Below are positions 1 through 11,809 of a DNA stretch of 64,000 nt, piece after piece. A model generated the notes under the pieces. It was not told where the DNA came from and made no database searches. It saw nothing but the letters and a program-made list of their open reading frames with translations. Origin of the DNA: Mobula hypostoma. Lineage: Eukaryota. The stretch is from NCBI RefSeq assembly GCF_963921235.1, contig NC_086108.1, positions 22,630,001-22,694,000 of the forward strand. The letters are read 5' to 3'. The position numbers were made by a program, and so were the translations under genes. Each line of letters opens with the position of its first letter. Position 1 is the stretch's first letter.

Positions 1-81
1 GAGGAAAGATGCAGCTGACTCGTATCGTTTCCTCGCGGCCCGGTAGCACATGCTTTGCGGCCCAGTGGTTGGAGACCACTG
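1..81. mobile_element. Right end of a hAT (Charlie-like) non-autonomous element, truncated by the window start
   Basis: Ends in GGTTGGAGACCACTG (revcomp CAGTGGTCTCCAACC), the same terminus type as the hAT MITEs elsewhere in the window. Confidence 0.5.
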
Positions 82-693
82 ACCTAACCACTACACGTTG
101 TCCTTACAGCTTGCACTGTTGCAGCCTTGATTTGGTGGGTACTCACTCCGTGAGCACCTTGAAAGCCATTGAGTTTGGAGTTCAGTAGAAATGTTTCTTC
201 CCACAGGGAGGATGAGAGCTCTTGTACTTTTCACTGTCATTGAAAGAACCAAGTTAGGGTGAGAACTCCTTCTCAATCCAGACTTACCTATGTTCCTGGA
301 GGCTGTGATCTTGAAGACATTTGTGTGAAATTTGAATGAAAGCCCAATTTAGATCAGTGGGACCGAGGAGCTAAGGTTGTTGGAACACTCGTTCAGCATG
401 AAAGAAACACACCAACTGAAAACTCACCAGCAAAGAGGTGAGGGGCAGCAAGCTGGTTTTCCTGACCCAAGTAACTAAAAATGTTCTTCTTACACAGAGC
501 TTTATATGGTCTATTATGGGCCATGGTTTTTTTTTAAGATCATTGGATCTTAATCATCTTCCTACCTAGACAATTTGGGCTAAGGTGCCCCCAACCTCCC
601 TCCACCTCCCTGGAAGGAAACAGTGGAGAACAAGGTGGAAATTGAATATGCAATTTCGAAATTGGAGAGACAGTACGAGGTGGATTTGGGATA

Positions 694-2270
694 CAGGTTT
701 CCCCTGCCATCTGAAGGTAGAGCGTTCCTATGAAACGGTTCGTAAGCTGGAATGTCGTAAAGCAAAGAAGCAATTACCATTTATTTATATGGGAAAAATT
801 TGTGAGCGTTTGCAGACCCAAAAATAACCTACCAAATCATGCCAAATAACACATAAAACCTAAAATAACAGTAACATAGTAAAAACAGGAATGATATGAT
901 GAATACACAGCCTATATAAAGTAGAAATACTTTTCCACAATAATTGCCTGCACTGTTCTCCGTAGCAAAAATCTCACGCAAGCGCTCTAGCAAAAACACG
1001 GCGCAAGTGCTCTCCAGTAACCTTTATGCTATGAAGCTGCCAAATCAAACCAAATAACACATAAAAATACACAGCCGATATTAAGTAGAAATAATGTATG
1101 TACAGTGTAGTATCACTTACCGGAATTGGGAAAGCGCCGAGCATACTGATGATGGTGTGTTAGGCTGAGTCGTCGGAGTTTGGGGTGGTGCAGTAGCTCC
1201 CACCCTCCAGGCACCGAACTGATACCGATCCGCGAAGCATGCAGTGGTCCAGTGGTGCCCGGGACGCACCCAACGCATCTTTAAGAAAAAAGCCAAAATA
1301 AACAAGCTAATTAATTAGGTGCTGCCCGGCACGTAAATGTCGGCCCAGATCAGAGACAATTGCCAATTATGTTGCCTCTGATCTGGGCCTACATCTACAT
1401 GCTGGGTGGCACCTAATTAATTAGCTTGTTTATTTCGGCTTTTTTCTTAAAGATGTGTTGGGTGCCTCCCGGCTACCACTGCATTCTCTGCAGATTGGTA
1501 TCTGTCCGTAGTTTGGGGTGGTGGGACACTGGGGTGTCATCTCATAGTCTGTTTCCATGAGGGTAGGCGGGTCATCTTCTATGTCTGCCTGCCTCGATGT
1601 TGAAGGTCGAGGTTCGTCGTCTGCTGAAGGCTTGCTTGACCGCTTAGCCTCGCACATTTTTAGATCATACAGTTCTTTGTAAGCACTCAAACCATCCTGC
1701 AAATATGCCCTAAACCGACATACCTTTTCAAAATTAAAGTCGTACTTTATCATTGCAGCGAAAATCTCACGTAGTTGCCTCACGTTCAGTTCCTGGACAA
1801 CTTCACTTCGCTAGTGCATTCAGTTTTGATCCCTCCCTTATCCTTCCCTCTTCCAATTGCATCAGCTCTTCATCTATCAGTTCTTGGTCATGGGATGCCA
1901 AAACCTCTTCAACATCATCTTTGTCAACTTCCACAAGCCAAACTCACTTTGTCCTTACTTGGTTCACCACGATCGAAACGCTTAATTATGTCTAGTTTTA
2001 CGCTAAGTGTAACACCCTTACGAGCTCTTTCAGGCTTTTCCAATACCTAAGAACTCATCTTGCAAACGGCTGCTCACAGGCACATGTTTAAGCAAGACTG
2101 CCTGGAATGCCGTTCCGAATCCGGGGGAGGAGCGGCTGCTCGGGACGCGCGCTGATTTTTATCGCGTGCTGCTTTCTTTCGTAACAGTGAAAACACCTTC
2201 TGTTAGTGAAAACAGGGAACTAATGTAGGTCTTTCATAACAGTGAGGTTTTGAAAAGAGGGGGACACCTG
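694..2270 (-). mobile_element. Tigger/pogo DNA transposon, internally deleted (non-autonomous)
   Basis: TA at 692-693 and 2271-2272; imperfect TIRs CAGGTTTCCCCT / CAGGTGTCCCCC. Minus strand from 2058 encodes RKGVTLSVKLDIIKRFDRGE (CENP-B-type N-terminal HTH), then jumps to a Tigger-like C-terminus (DDVEEVLASHDQELIDEELMQL...FEKVCRFRAYLQDGLSAYKELYD). No DDE core. Confidence 0.85.
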
Positions 2271-2623
2271 TAGTTGGTGTGCAAAAGTTAAAATTCTTTT
2301 AATTGATGGGGTGATACTGGCCTAATTTGGGACAAGGTTGCAGAATGTGAAGCCACAGTGATATTCCAGAGGGGATGGAAACCTTGGACTGTTACTGCAT
2401 GACGAATGGAAAGAAATGGTTTGGAAGAACCACCAATGCAGCTAAATGGTGCCACGTGCAGACTGCAGATGCTGGAGCCTGAAGCAAAAAAAAACAAACT
2501 GCTAGAGGAACTCATCAGTTTGAGCAGCATCTATGGAGGGGAATTCCACAGATGTTCCTCCAGAAGTTTGATGGAACTGTTGATGCTTTCAATTGAGAAC
2601 CTGGATCAGGACTGAGTGTCGAG

Positions 2624-2703
2624 TAGGGGCTCCCAACCATTTTTATGCCATGGACCAATACCATCAAGCAAGGGGCCCGTGGATCCCAGGTTGGGAGCCC
2701 CTG
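2624..2703. mobile_element. hAT MITE (~80 bp)
   Basis: TIRs TAGGGGCTCCCAACC / GGTTGGGAGCCCCTG; reverse-orientation relative of 5008-5086; degenerate 8-bp flanks. Confidence 0.75.
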
Positions 2704-3047
2704 GTGTAGCCCCCAGGACTTGGTGGTATAAAGTCAAGGGGTAGAGAAAATCACCCTTGTGTCACCCTCTCCTTTTGATTACCAGCTGCCTTTCCTCTCC
2801 ACTGCTCAACTTGCTGAGTTTTTCCGGCAGTTTGTTATTCAGTAAGTATTGGTGTAATGACATTGATTTGGCTGCCTGGGTTTTGATGAGCTAACAAGCC
2901 ATTATTTCCCCTTTTGAGTTTTTTGAAACAGTCAAGGCCTTTCTGCCTATCGGTGAGTTCGAGATGTGCCTGCAGCACAACTACACCTGACTGATTTCTG
3001 CAACCGCTGGTTTCACTCTGCCTCTCTTTGTTCTGGATGTTATGCAG

Positions 3048-3261
3048 GTGGGAGACTAGCAGATGGAGTGAGTGTTCGCGGACCTGCGGGGAAGGCTATC
3101 AGTTCAGGACAGTACGGTGCTGGAAGATGATTGCTCCTGGTTTTGACAGCTCCGTTTATGACGAGTTGTGTGAAGGTGCCGAGCTGACCAGGCCCGTGGA
3201 GCGTAAACTCTGCAAAAACAAGGGGTGTGGGCCCCAGTGGGAGGTGTCGGAATGGTCAGAG
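3048..3261 (+). CDS. ADAMTSL2: ADAMTSL2-like protein, internal exon (TSP1 repeat [37 protein letters not shown]...[11 protein letters not shown])
   Basis: Pyrimidine tract and CAG acceptor ending 3047, GTAATC donor at 3262; peptide closely matches the ADAMTSL2 C-terminal TSP1 array as I recall it; could be a paralog. Confidence 0.9.
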
Positions 3262-3645
3262 GTAATCTAGCTTTGGAACGTTATATGAAAAGCATTTCAC
3301 AACTTATCATTGTTTATGTCTCACATTAGTCTCTTCCCATACCTGTTCCTGTAATGCTATCAGGATAGCCTTTGTGTTCTCTCATGTTTATTTTTCTGTT
3401 CATTAACTTTACCTGCACCATAACTAACTGGTGGTGAGTTTCACATTCTTGCCATTCTTCGTACAAAGATGATCTTTCTGAATTTCTTGCAAGGTTTGCT
3501 GGCATGTAAGCTATATTTACAACCTCTAGTTCTAGTAATACCTGTTCCCACAGACGAATTGTATCCTTTCGTTGGAAATAATTTGGAAGAAGTGTAAATC
3601 GGGTGGTTGATGGTTGCGTTGAGTTGTGGGGCGATCTGGGCAATT

Positions 3646-3692
3646 TGCTTGCAGATGTTTCATCATCAAGTGAGGAGATATCATCAGTGCGC
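3646..3692 (-). ncRNA. Minimal type I hammerhead ribozyme motif (PLE terminal repeat)
   Basis: Minus strand reads GCA-CTGATGA-T-ATC...GAT-GAAA-CATC-TGC: intact core boxes, stem I GCA/TGC, stem II ATC/GAT. Confidence 0.7.
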
Positions 3693-3963
3693 TGCTGAGA
3701 GGGGCAGAGATTCGCCCGGGCACAAGCGAACACGGGGCATGCAAGAGAACTTCTAGAAGCGTGGTTTTCGCAAACAATCTGTAAACAAACACGTGGACTT
3801 TGATCCTATTTATGACCTGATGCAGGCAAAATACCAGACACAATGCACAAAGTCGCCACACAAGCAATTGGCGACGAGATTTCCTCCTCACATCATAATT
3901 GAAATTCTGAAATGATGACCGATCAGCTGATTGAAAGATATATAAAGAAGGGCACAATTACCA

Positions 3964-4008
3964 GCGCACTGACGATCTTTCCCTGCATGGTGGCAAAACG
4001 TTTGCAAG
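3964..4008 (+). ncRNA. Degenerate hammerhead ribozyme motif (GAAA mutated to AAAA)
   Basis: GCA-CTGACGA-...-CAAAA-CGTT-TGC; inverted counterpart of 3646-3692. Confidence 0.55.
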
Positions 4009-5007
4009 TAAATTGCCAAGATTGGAGAACAACTCAACCCATACACGTGAACATGTATCCTTTTGTAATTTTTAAGACTTTTTGTTTATAGATGGGAGCT
4101 CCCACCTAACATTCTCTTAGTTTTGGTATCATCTCTTTTGGGCTTTCCTCAGTGTCTGTCTGTTCTTCCCTTTGGAACTGCTTAAAAAAAAAAGTTGCTC
4201 TCCATTGCAATGAGGATGAAGGAATATTTGCAGTTTTATTTATCCAATATTGAAACAATTTGTGAAGCATTTTGGACCTCAAAGAGATCTACAATGTTGT
4301 TCAGGTTTTTGTTTATCATTCTTGGAGCTAATGGACAAGGGACATTGTAGTCCAACATGAGATGTCATTTTTTGTTTTTTGCATAGTAAGTATTAAATTT
4401 TAATTGCATTTTCCATTTTCTAATTTTTTTAAGCTATCACACCTTTGTGAGTCTGACCTGCTGAGGATGGTTTTCTTATATTTAAAATATCTGCAGTCCC
4501 CACACAGATATTTTGTACGTGAATTCTCACTGCACAGATCAAATGGCTGTCACTCTTAAACAAATAAGAGCTTTCTATCTCCCTGCACCCAACCCTCTTT
4601 CCCTATCACACCTGCTGAAACAGGTTCCACAACCTACACAATAGCACACTCCCAACATAATTACAAAAGACCTCGTAGCTTAATGTGCTGGTCCCCTTTT
4701 GGCTCATCCTATAACAGACATTCCCATTGTTCTGTGCATCCCTCCTACATGCTGATGGCTAATGTGCATCTCTGTCTTATCCAATTCTGCTGAAGGGTTG
4801 TAAACCTGAGACACTGATTGCTCAGCTTCTCTCGGATATAGCCTGACCTGCTGAGATTTTCTGATGGTTTTTTTTTAACTTAAAATTATTGTTCATCCCT
4901 AGTAGTTCAATGATGTGGATGTGATCACTCTGAAGCTGGTACTGTTGACGGTGTAGTTTTGTGTGATTGTTTTGTATATCAGTGACCTTGGAAATCTCAG
5001 TCTAGAG

Positions 5008-5086
5008 CAGGGTTTCCCAACCTGGGGTCCATGGACCCATTTGTTAATGGTGGGGGGTTCATGGCATAAAAAAGGTTGGACACTTG
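5008..5086. mobile_element. hAT MITE with perfect 8-bp TSD
   Basis: GTCTAGAG at 5000-5007 and 5087-5094; starts CAGGGTTTCCCAACC. Confidence 0.85.
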
Positions 5087-5939
5087 GTCTAGAGGTTATT
5101 CTTGTTTGGCCCTTCCACGCTGTATGTGATGCTCCCCGTTGGTCAATTTAGAACTTTATATAGTCGGGGAAACCTACAGGGTTACCGAACAAAGGCTAGG
5201 CAATAAATTTGAAGTGATTTGATCTCCTGCTGGTGTTTTTTCAGTTATTGGATTTGACCCTCAACCCTGAATTACTGCCCCACTTTCCGGCCGCTCACAC
5301 AAGGTTGGTTGGGGTGTGAAGGTCAGCGAAACTGACCCTTCGTTACCCGATTAGCAGCTCTTGAGGCAGAGTAGTGACTGGGGAGTGAGGGTGTGGGGAC
5401 AGATCCCGAGGCTCTAGATCTGGGACCCACTGATGATCTTCTGACAGCTGGGCACTGCCAGATGTCTCCAAACAGGTTTTAAACATTTCTCATCATCGGG
5501 GACAATTCATAGGGGTTGAAATAATACATAAAATAAGACTATTATAAAAATAAGTTTAATTGCAAACACCTTAAAGCCTGGGATGTTAATTACAAACAAA
5601 GACAAAGAAAATATAAACAGACTGTTTATCTTTCTGTTTAGGGTTATCTGCCCCATTCAGATGAAAGTAATACATAAGCTGGGTGTAAAGGGAATGGTCA
5701 GTGGTGAGCTCACCCACTAGGTCATTGATGGGGAGAGTAGTCCAAGCCACTGGCTCCACCCCTCACTTTGTGGCCTTTAGTGGTGAGAAAGCTCAAAACT
5801 ATTCTCCCTATGGTTTCCCACTGCTTTTCTGGTTGAGGGATCTCTAACTTGTGCATTTAGTTTCTGATGTAAGGAGTTCTCAGCAATTGCTGGCCGAACG
5901 CAAGCAGTGTGGAGCTGGTAACTGTCCTTCTACCCTCAG

Positions 5940-6095
5940 TGTTCAGCCCGGTGCGGAAGCAGAGGAGTGATGAGACGGGAAGTGCGCTGCTCGGTGGAGC
6001 CTCGCCTGTGCAATGAGTACACCAAGCCAAGCAACAAGAAGGAGTGCGCGGGCCCTCCGTGTGACCGGCGCTGGACTGCATCGGACTGGGGGCCG
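5940..6095 (+). CDS. ADAMTSL2: ADAMTSL2-like exon (CSARCGSRGVMRREVRC...PPCDRRWTASDWGP)
   Basis: CCCTCAG acceptor, GTAAG donor at 6096, 156 nt, phase 0/0, TSP1 motif. Confidence 0.92.
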
Positions 6096-6559
6096 GTAAG
6101 GGCCGTCTCTGATCTATGTAACCCAGGGGAGGTTAACCTTGTTCACTCCAAAACAATCTCCAGATTAGTACTGTGTCACCCTGCACTGGAGCTGACATGC
6201 ATTCACCTTGACGCTGTCAATATCAGGAACGAGCTGGAGGTAGAAACGATTGCAATATTTTAAAGGTATTTGATTGGTACAGGGACAAGAGAGGAGTAGA
6301 GGGTTACAGGCAAATGGGATTAGTTCAGATAAGTATCATTGTTGGCATGGTGGATATGGGTCAACTGGCTGTTTCTATGCTGCAGAGTCTTAATACCCCA
6401 AGCCTCATACTTACACCACAGGAACGGAAATCAGGGCAGGCACACTAATGTTGAGAAGGGATGGCTGACATTTTCAATGCCTGCTGTTTCTCGATGTTTT
6501 ATTAAGGAGAATATGATGAATGCCATTGAAATGAGGGTAATAAGTAGCGAGGTCTTGGA

Positions 6560-7850
6560 ACATATGCATACTATGAGGAGGTATTTGCAGCTAATATGGG
6601 AAAATCCCTATGGCCTCACAAGGTGGACTGCCAGACCTCATGGGAGGCCAGGGTTGAAAATGCAGAGGTCCTTCAGCGATACTTGCTTCATTGTTAGCCA
6701 CTGACCGAGTTCCAGAAGATTGGAGGGTGGCTGATGTCCTTCCATTGTTGAAGAAGGATACAACTACAGGCCAGTGAATCTGACTGCAGTTGTAGGGAAG
6801 TTATTGGATAGAATTCTGAGGGATAAGATCTTCCATCACTTGGATAGTCAAGGCCTGATCCAGAATAGTCAGCATTGGGAGTTCATGTCTGATGAATCTC
6901 TCTAAGTTCTTTTGAGAGTGTAGCTAAGAGGATAAATGAAGTTAAGGGAGTGGATGTTGTTCTTATGGACCATAATAAGGCCTTTGTTAAGGTCCGCTGT
7001 GGCAGACTGATCTGGAATGTTAAGTTGCATGGGATTTAGGGGGTGCCAGTGAGGTGGGTTCGGAATTGACTGGATGATAGGAAGCAGAGGATGATGGTTG
7101 AAGATCGCTTCTCCGACTAGAGGTCCGTGACTATTGAACCTGTGTTATTCTTTATTTATGGGAATAATTTGGATGTCAATGTACAGGGCACAATGAGCAA
7201 TGACCAATGATACTAAATTAGGGGATCTTGTTGAAGCAGGCTTCAATGAATTACAGTGAAATCTTGATCTGTGAAGGAGGTGAGCTGAGGAATGACAAAT
7301 GGATTTCAAACTGTGTTTTGGACTGCATTTCGGACTTTCTAACCAGGGTGGGACTTGTAGAGTGCATTGCAAGGCCCTCATGAGTGTTAGGGTATGGAGG
7401 TAACTGGGAGGACAAGTGAACACGTTGCTAAATATGGCTGCACCAGTGGACAGTGTGATGAGAAAGGTGTTTAACATGCAGATCTTCATCAGTCAGGGCA
7501 TCGAGTTTAGAAAATGGGACATTACGTTGCAGTTACATGTCATTGGTGAGACACACTTGGGGTGTTGTGGAGTGTTGTTTACAGTTTTGTTATAACAAAG
7601 ACATTGTCGAGCTGGAGAGGATGCGGAAGAGATTTACAGGGTTGTTGCCTGTACTGGAGTTGTTGGTCACACAGGATCTTCATTCCCTGGAGTGCAGGAG
7701 AATGAGTGGTGCCTTTATAGAAGTTTATAAAATCGTGAGGGGTATGGATAAGGGCTTTTCCCCAGGGTTGGGGAGTCCAAAACTAGAGGGCACAAACACA
7801 AGACAGGAGAGATTTAAGAGACCTAAGAAGTAATTTATTTACACAGCGGG
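6560..7850 (+). mobile_element. Decayed CR1 LINE ORF2 (RT) fragment
   Basis: Remnants such as NYRPVNLT, an AF.KV motif and ...RRMSGAFIEVYKIVRG, with many stops and indels. Confidence 0.75.
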
Positions 7851-8980
7851 TAGTATCAGCTGCTACTGATTTATGATTTGGACAAATCTGTGATGAAAAT
7901 TGTTTGCTGTATTTGCCATATTATGTTGAGTGTCGTGGGAAAGATGCTTTGCAAAAATATCCTCACCTCATCCCCAACTCCTAGGCAGGGATAGGTGTTC
8001 TGCATGTTCAGCTGTCTTGCACCTCCAGCTAGTCTGGTTTAGAATGGCTCTAAATGGTGTCCCACTTCCTTTTTCTGAAATAGACAATACCTTCAAAAGG
8101 TAAAGGGAGCCTGATGAAGATGCAACTTACAAATTATTTCCGTTGAGCCAAATATCTTGTGGTTAAGTAATTCCAAATCCACTGCCGCTGCCTTTCACTA
8201 TCAATACAGTTCCTTACCCAGGCATTTTCTCAGGCTGATCACTGTTCCAGCCTCTTTAAACTCCTAACCCAACGTCATCTCAATGCTAGCAAAGGCTTAG
8301 CTTGATCTCACCACTACTGCCTCACTGTGCTCTCCCTTCAGTTCATCATCTGCTGCAAACCTCTTCTGTGTCTTTGGACTTTGTCACATTTGTTTTCAAT
8401 TTTTCCAGACCTCTCCTTGTCTGCCTCCCATGCTCAATGTTGCATCTTCAGGCCATCAAAGGCTTCGCCCTTTTCCATCAGAAGGTGGCATCCATTATTA
8501 AAGACTCCCGCCATCCAGGCCAGGCCCTCTTCTCCTTGTTACAGTCAGGCAGGAGCCTGAAGACCCACACTTCAAGATTCTATAGCAGATTCTTCCCCAC
8601 TGTCAGCAGGCTCTTGAACCGACTAAACAACACTTGGACTATATTTCCCTCAACTTGCAGTAATGTGATATGAACATTTTTTATTTTGTGGTGTAATTTA
8701 TGTACAATTTATGTTAATTCACATTCATGCAATTTATGTTTGTCATGTTTGCAATATACTGTGCTGCTGTTGAATGCCCATAGAGGTGAATGGATAAGAA
8801 AGGCATTGTAGGCTAAACATGGACAAATGGGATTAGTTTAGATAGAATCTTTGTCAGCATGAGCCTGTTGAGCTGAAGGATTTGTTTTGTACTGTGTGAC
8901 TATACGCCTTGGGCACTTTGCTGGGCCTCCATCTGCCTGTGTTGACATCTGAGCCCTTCTTTCCCCCCATTCCACTGCAG

Positions 8981-9151
8981 TGTTCGGGAGCTTGTGGTGA
9001 GGGTCGGATGATGCGGTATGTGGTTTGCAGAAACAACGAGGGGAAGGTCTTGCCAGATTCACAGTGTGATGCGACAGTGAAGCCCTTGGTGGTACACCCC
9101 TGTGGAGATAAAGACTGCCCGCCTCACTGGGTGTCACAGGAGTGGGAGCAG
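8981..9151 (+). CDS. ADAMTSL2: ADAMTSL2-like exon (CSGACGEGRMMRYVVC...HPCGDKDCPPHWVSQEWEQ)
   Basis: Pyrimidine tract plus CTGCAG acceptor, GTAGGT donor at 9152, 171 nt, phase 0/0. Confidence 0.92.
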
Positions 9152-11139
9152 GTAGGTGTTCAGAAAGATGTATGTGAATGGCAGGCACTGGTGCACCAGC
9201 TGGACCAGTATCAGTGTAGCCTTTGGTGAGTGGCAACCCCTTCCTGGGCTCTTGGCCTCTTGCTGTCACTCTGGGACCCCCACCAGAGTCTGAGCTGCAC
9301 GTGGTGTACAGGCTAGAAAAATGAAAGGAGAATGAGACTGGGATCTGTTGGAGGATCTTAATGTGTGATTCACCCCAACACATTGTTTCTGAAGCCAGTA
9401 GCTTTCCAAAGTTGTCCTGCCTGCTAACTTACAAAGTTCAAAGTACATATGTTACCATATACAACACTGAGGTTCATTTTCTTGTGGGCATACTCGATTT
9501 ATAAATCTATAAAATAATAACAGAATCAATGAAAGACCATCCAACTAAGGTGTTCAACCAGAATGCAGAAGACAACAAACTGCGCAAGTACAAAAAGTAG
9601 TAGTATTTATAATAAATAAGCAATAAATTTGGAGAACATGAGATGAAGAGTCCTTGCGAGTCCATTGGTTGTGGGAACATTTCAATGATGGGGCAGGTGA
9701 AGTTGAATGAATTTATTCCTGCTGGTTCAAGAGCCTGATGGTTGAGGGGCATAATTGATGGGTAGAGTAGCATTAGCCTGCACGCTTCAGCAGGAGACAT
9801 GCCATGGGTGGCTTGGATCACTCAAAGATGGCCTGCATTTTTTTTTTTTGGAAGGGATCAGCACTGTGGAGAAAGTTATTGTATAGCCGCAGGGCTCCGT
9901 GGTGTACAGGGGCCATTTCCCTAACCAGAGGTTGGGTAAATAGATGGATATGCCCCTGGTAAGGACCTGCCTATGGTAATCGACCATTAGCTAAGTTTGA
10001 ACGGGGGGTGTGGGCATTCTGAGATTTGATGACAGCTAGTTGGGATGTGACTGAAGCCTCAGTCCATAGATTTTGCCTCATGGTTGTGTTCAACAATGTG
10101 GTAATGGTCCACCTCACCCGTACCGGAGGGCACAATACAACTAGCATTCAATTCCCAATGTCTTCTCTGGGCTTTGTTGAGGCTCGAATGTGAGTCCTGT
10201 TGACTAGAATTTGCGAGACCTCAACACTGGCTGCAGAGATCTGGCCTCTGGTGTCCCTGCCCTGGCAGTGGGCCATGTGCTCTTTGAGTTACGGGCATGA
10301 ATTCAGTCAGCAGTGGCTGCCTGACCTGATGTTTACCACTCACTGCTGGTCTAGGGAACAGTACAGTTGCTGAAATAATGGCGAAGCTCTCACAGCATGA
10401 ATTTTGTATGCATCCTACAGCGGGTCAAGCAGCTATATCTCAACCCAGGGGAGGTCTTCCAGCAGTTGATTAGTCACTGAGAGTCTGGGAGAAGTGATGT
10501 CTAGGACCATGGTGAGGAAGGGGTGGATACGGTGCTGCAGATCTGAGATGGGTTTAATGGGTTGGTCGATGGAAGCAGCCTTATCCCTGTAGCGTAACAA
10601 TTGAGCACACTCTCATAGTCTCCCAGTCTTATACTTTGAAATGCTTTTCCCTGGACAGTTAAAGTTGAGTTTATTTTCAAATACACAAGTATATTTGTGC
10701 ACAGATGCAGAGAAAATCTTACATGCAGCAGTATCATAGGCATGTAGAATCAGAAGCATAACATTCACAAGTAAAACATAAACTACAACCAATTTTACAA
10801 GGAAGAACACAATTAAAACAGAAAAAAAGTCCACTTTAATGCAGTGATCAAAATGGTCAGAGTTTGAAGTTAGTGTTCAGGGTTGTGCTGGTTGGTTCAA
10901 GAACTGACTGGTTGAAAGCAAGTAGCTGTTCCTGAACCTCGCGGTGTGAAACTTTAGGCTTGGGCACCTCCTGCCTTATGGTAGCTGCAGGAGCTACAGA
11001 AGCCTCAAGTTTCACACCGCGAGGTTCCTGAGCAGATGGCAGAGCCAGCTGGTGGGGATCATTGGTGATGGATGGATATTTGGACCCACCACAAAGCAAT
11101 TTTTGTTTTGTTTTAGGATCTCACCAGTAAGCCAGCCAT

Positions 11140-11395
11140 GTTGGAATTGTGCAGCATAGAACTCTAATCCTTCCACACAAATCATCAACCACCCATTTAC
11201 AATAATTATACACTTCTATCAGATTCTACTGTTCACCTGCCTACTGGCACATTTTTGGGATGTGGGAAGATGCTAGAGCACCTGAAAACCCAAGTGTAGA
11301 CTGCGCACAGGTGTCTCCCAGTATCAGGATTGAACCCAGGTCTGAGGCGATCTGAAGTAGCAAATCTACTAGCTGCACTACCTGCCACCCCGTAA
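11140..11395 (-). mobile_element. tRNA-derived SINE (V-SINE/HE1-like), decayed
   Basis: Revcomp B-box (GGATTGAACC, ~11327-11336); body similar to 26278-26620. Confidence 0.55.
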
Positions 11396-11632
11396 GATTA
11401 CAGAGCTGTGTTTGGAGATTGGGTTACAAAAGGTGTTAATGATGACTCTGATATTCTGATGGGGTTGCTGGAGTGTTCTGATGGGGGTTGCTATAGTATT
11501 CTGGCGGGGGTGCTCTGTGAGTGCTGCTTTGACTTTGAAAGAGATATGTATAACTCAGTTGATGGCTCTCGGGCTCCCTCTGGTGTTGTCGGGATCAACT
11601 GACTTCAATAAATGGCTGACCTCCTGTTTCAG

Positions 11633-11809
11633 TGCAATGCCACTTGTGGTCGAGGTAGGAAGACCCGAAGGATTCTGTGTGCCGGCTTGGAAAACGGAAT
11701 TTACAAGGAGTATGAGGAGAGACAATGCAGACACACCAAGAAGCCTGATGAGGAGGCTGCCTGTTTTGAGAGGCCCTGCTCAAAGTGGTTCAAAACCTCC
11801 TGGTCGCAG
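11633..11809 (+). CDS. ADAMTSL2: ADAMTSL2-like exon (CNATCGRGRKTRRILC...CFERPCSKWFKTSWSQ)
   Basis: TTTCAG acceptor, GTGAG donor at 11810, 177 nt, phase 0/0. Confidence 0.92.

Larger units (their letters stand above)
3573..4053 (+). mobile_element. Penelope-like element 3' fragment (Poseidon-type) with an inverted terminal repeat copy
   Basis: Encodes a GIY-YIG C-terminal-like motif (HARELLEAWFS...VNKHVDFDPIY) at ~3740-3820; inverted arms at ~3617-3695 and 3961-4040; TSD TGTATCCTTTCGT (3560-3572) / TGTATCCTTTTGT (4054-4066). Confidence 0.75.

Noticed and set aside
540..693. Short frame PPWKETVENKVEIEYAISKLERQYEVDLG as a host exon
   Set aside because: No ADAMTSL similarity or splice context; at most an unverified old LINE remnant
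5245..5275. GACCCTCAACCCTGA as a telomerase RNA template
   Set aside because: Does not match CTAACCCTAAC and no other telomerase RNA domains are evident
8838..9383. Long antisense and shadow ORFs (also 18096-18647, 27572-28159, 36683-37228)
   Set aside because: They overlap real exons, UTR or TEs and show no recognisable domains
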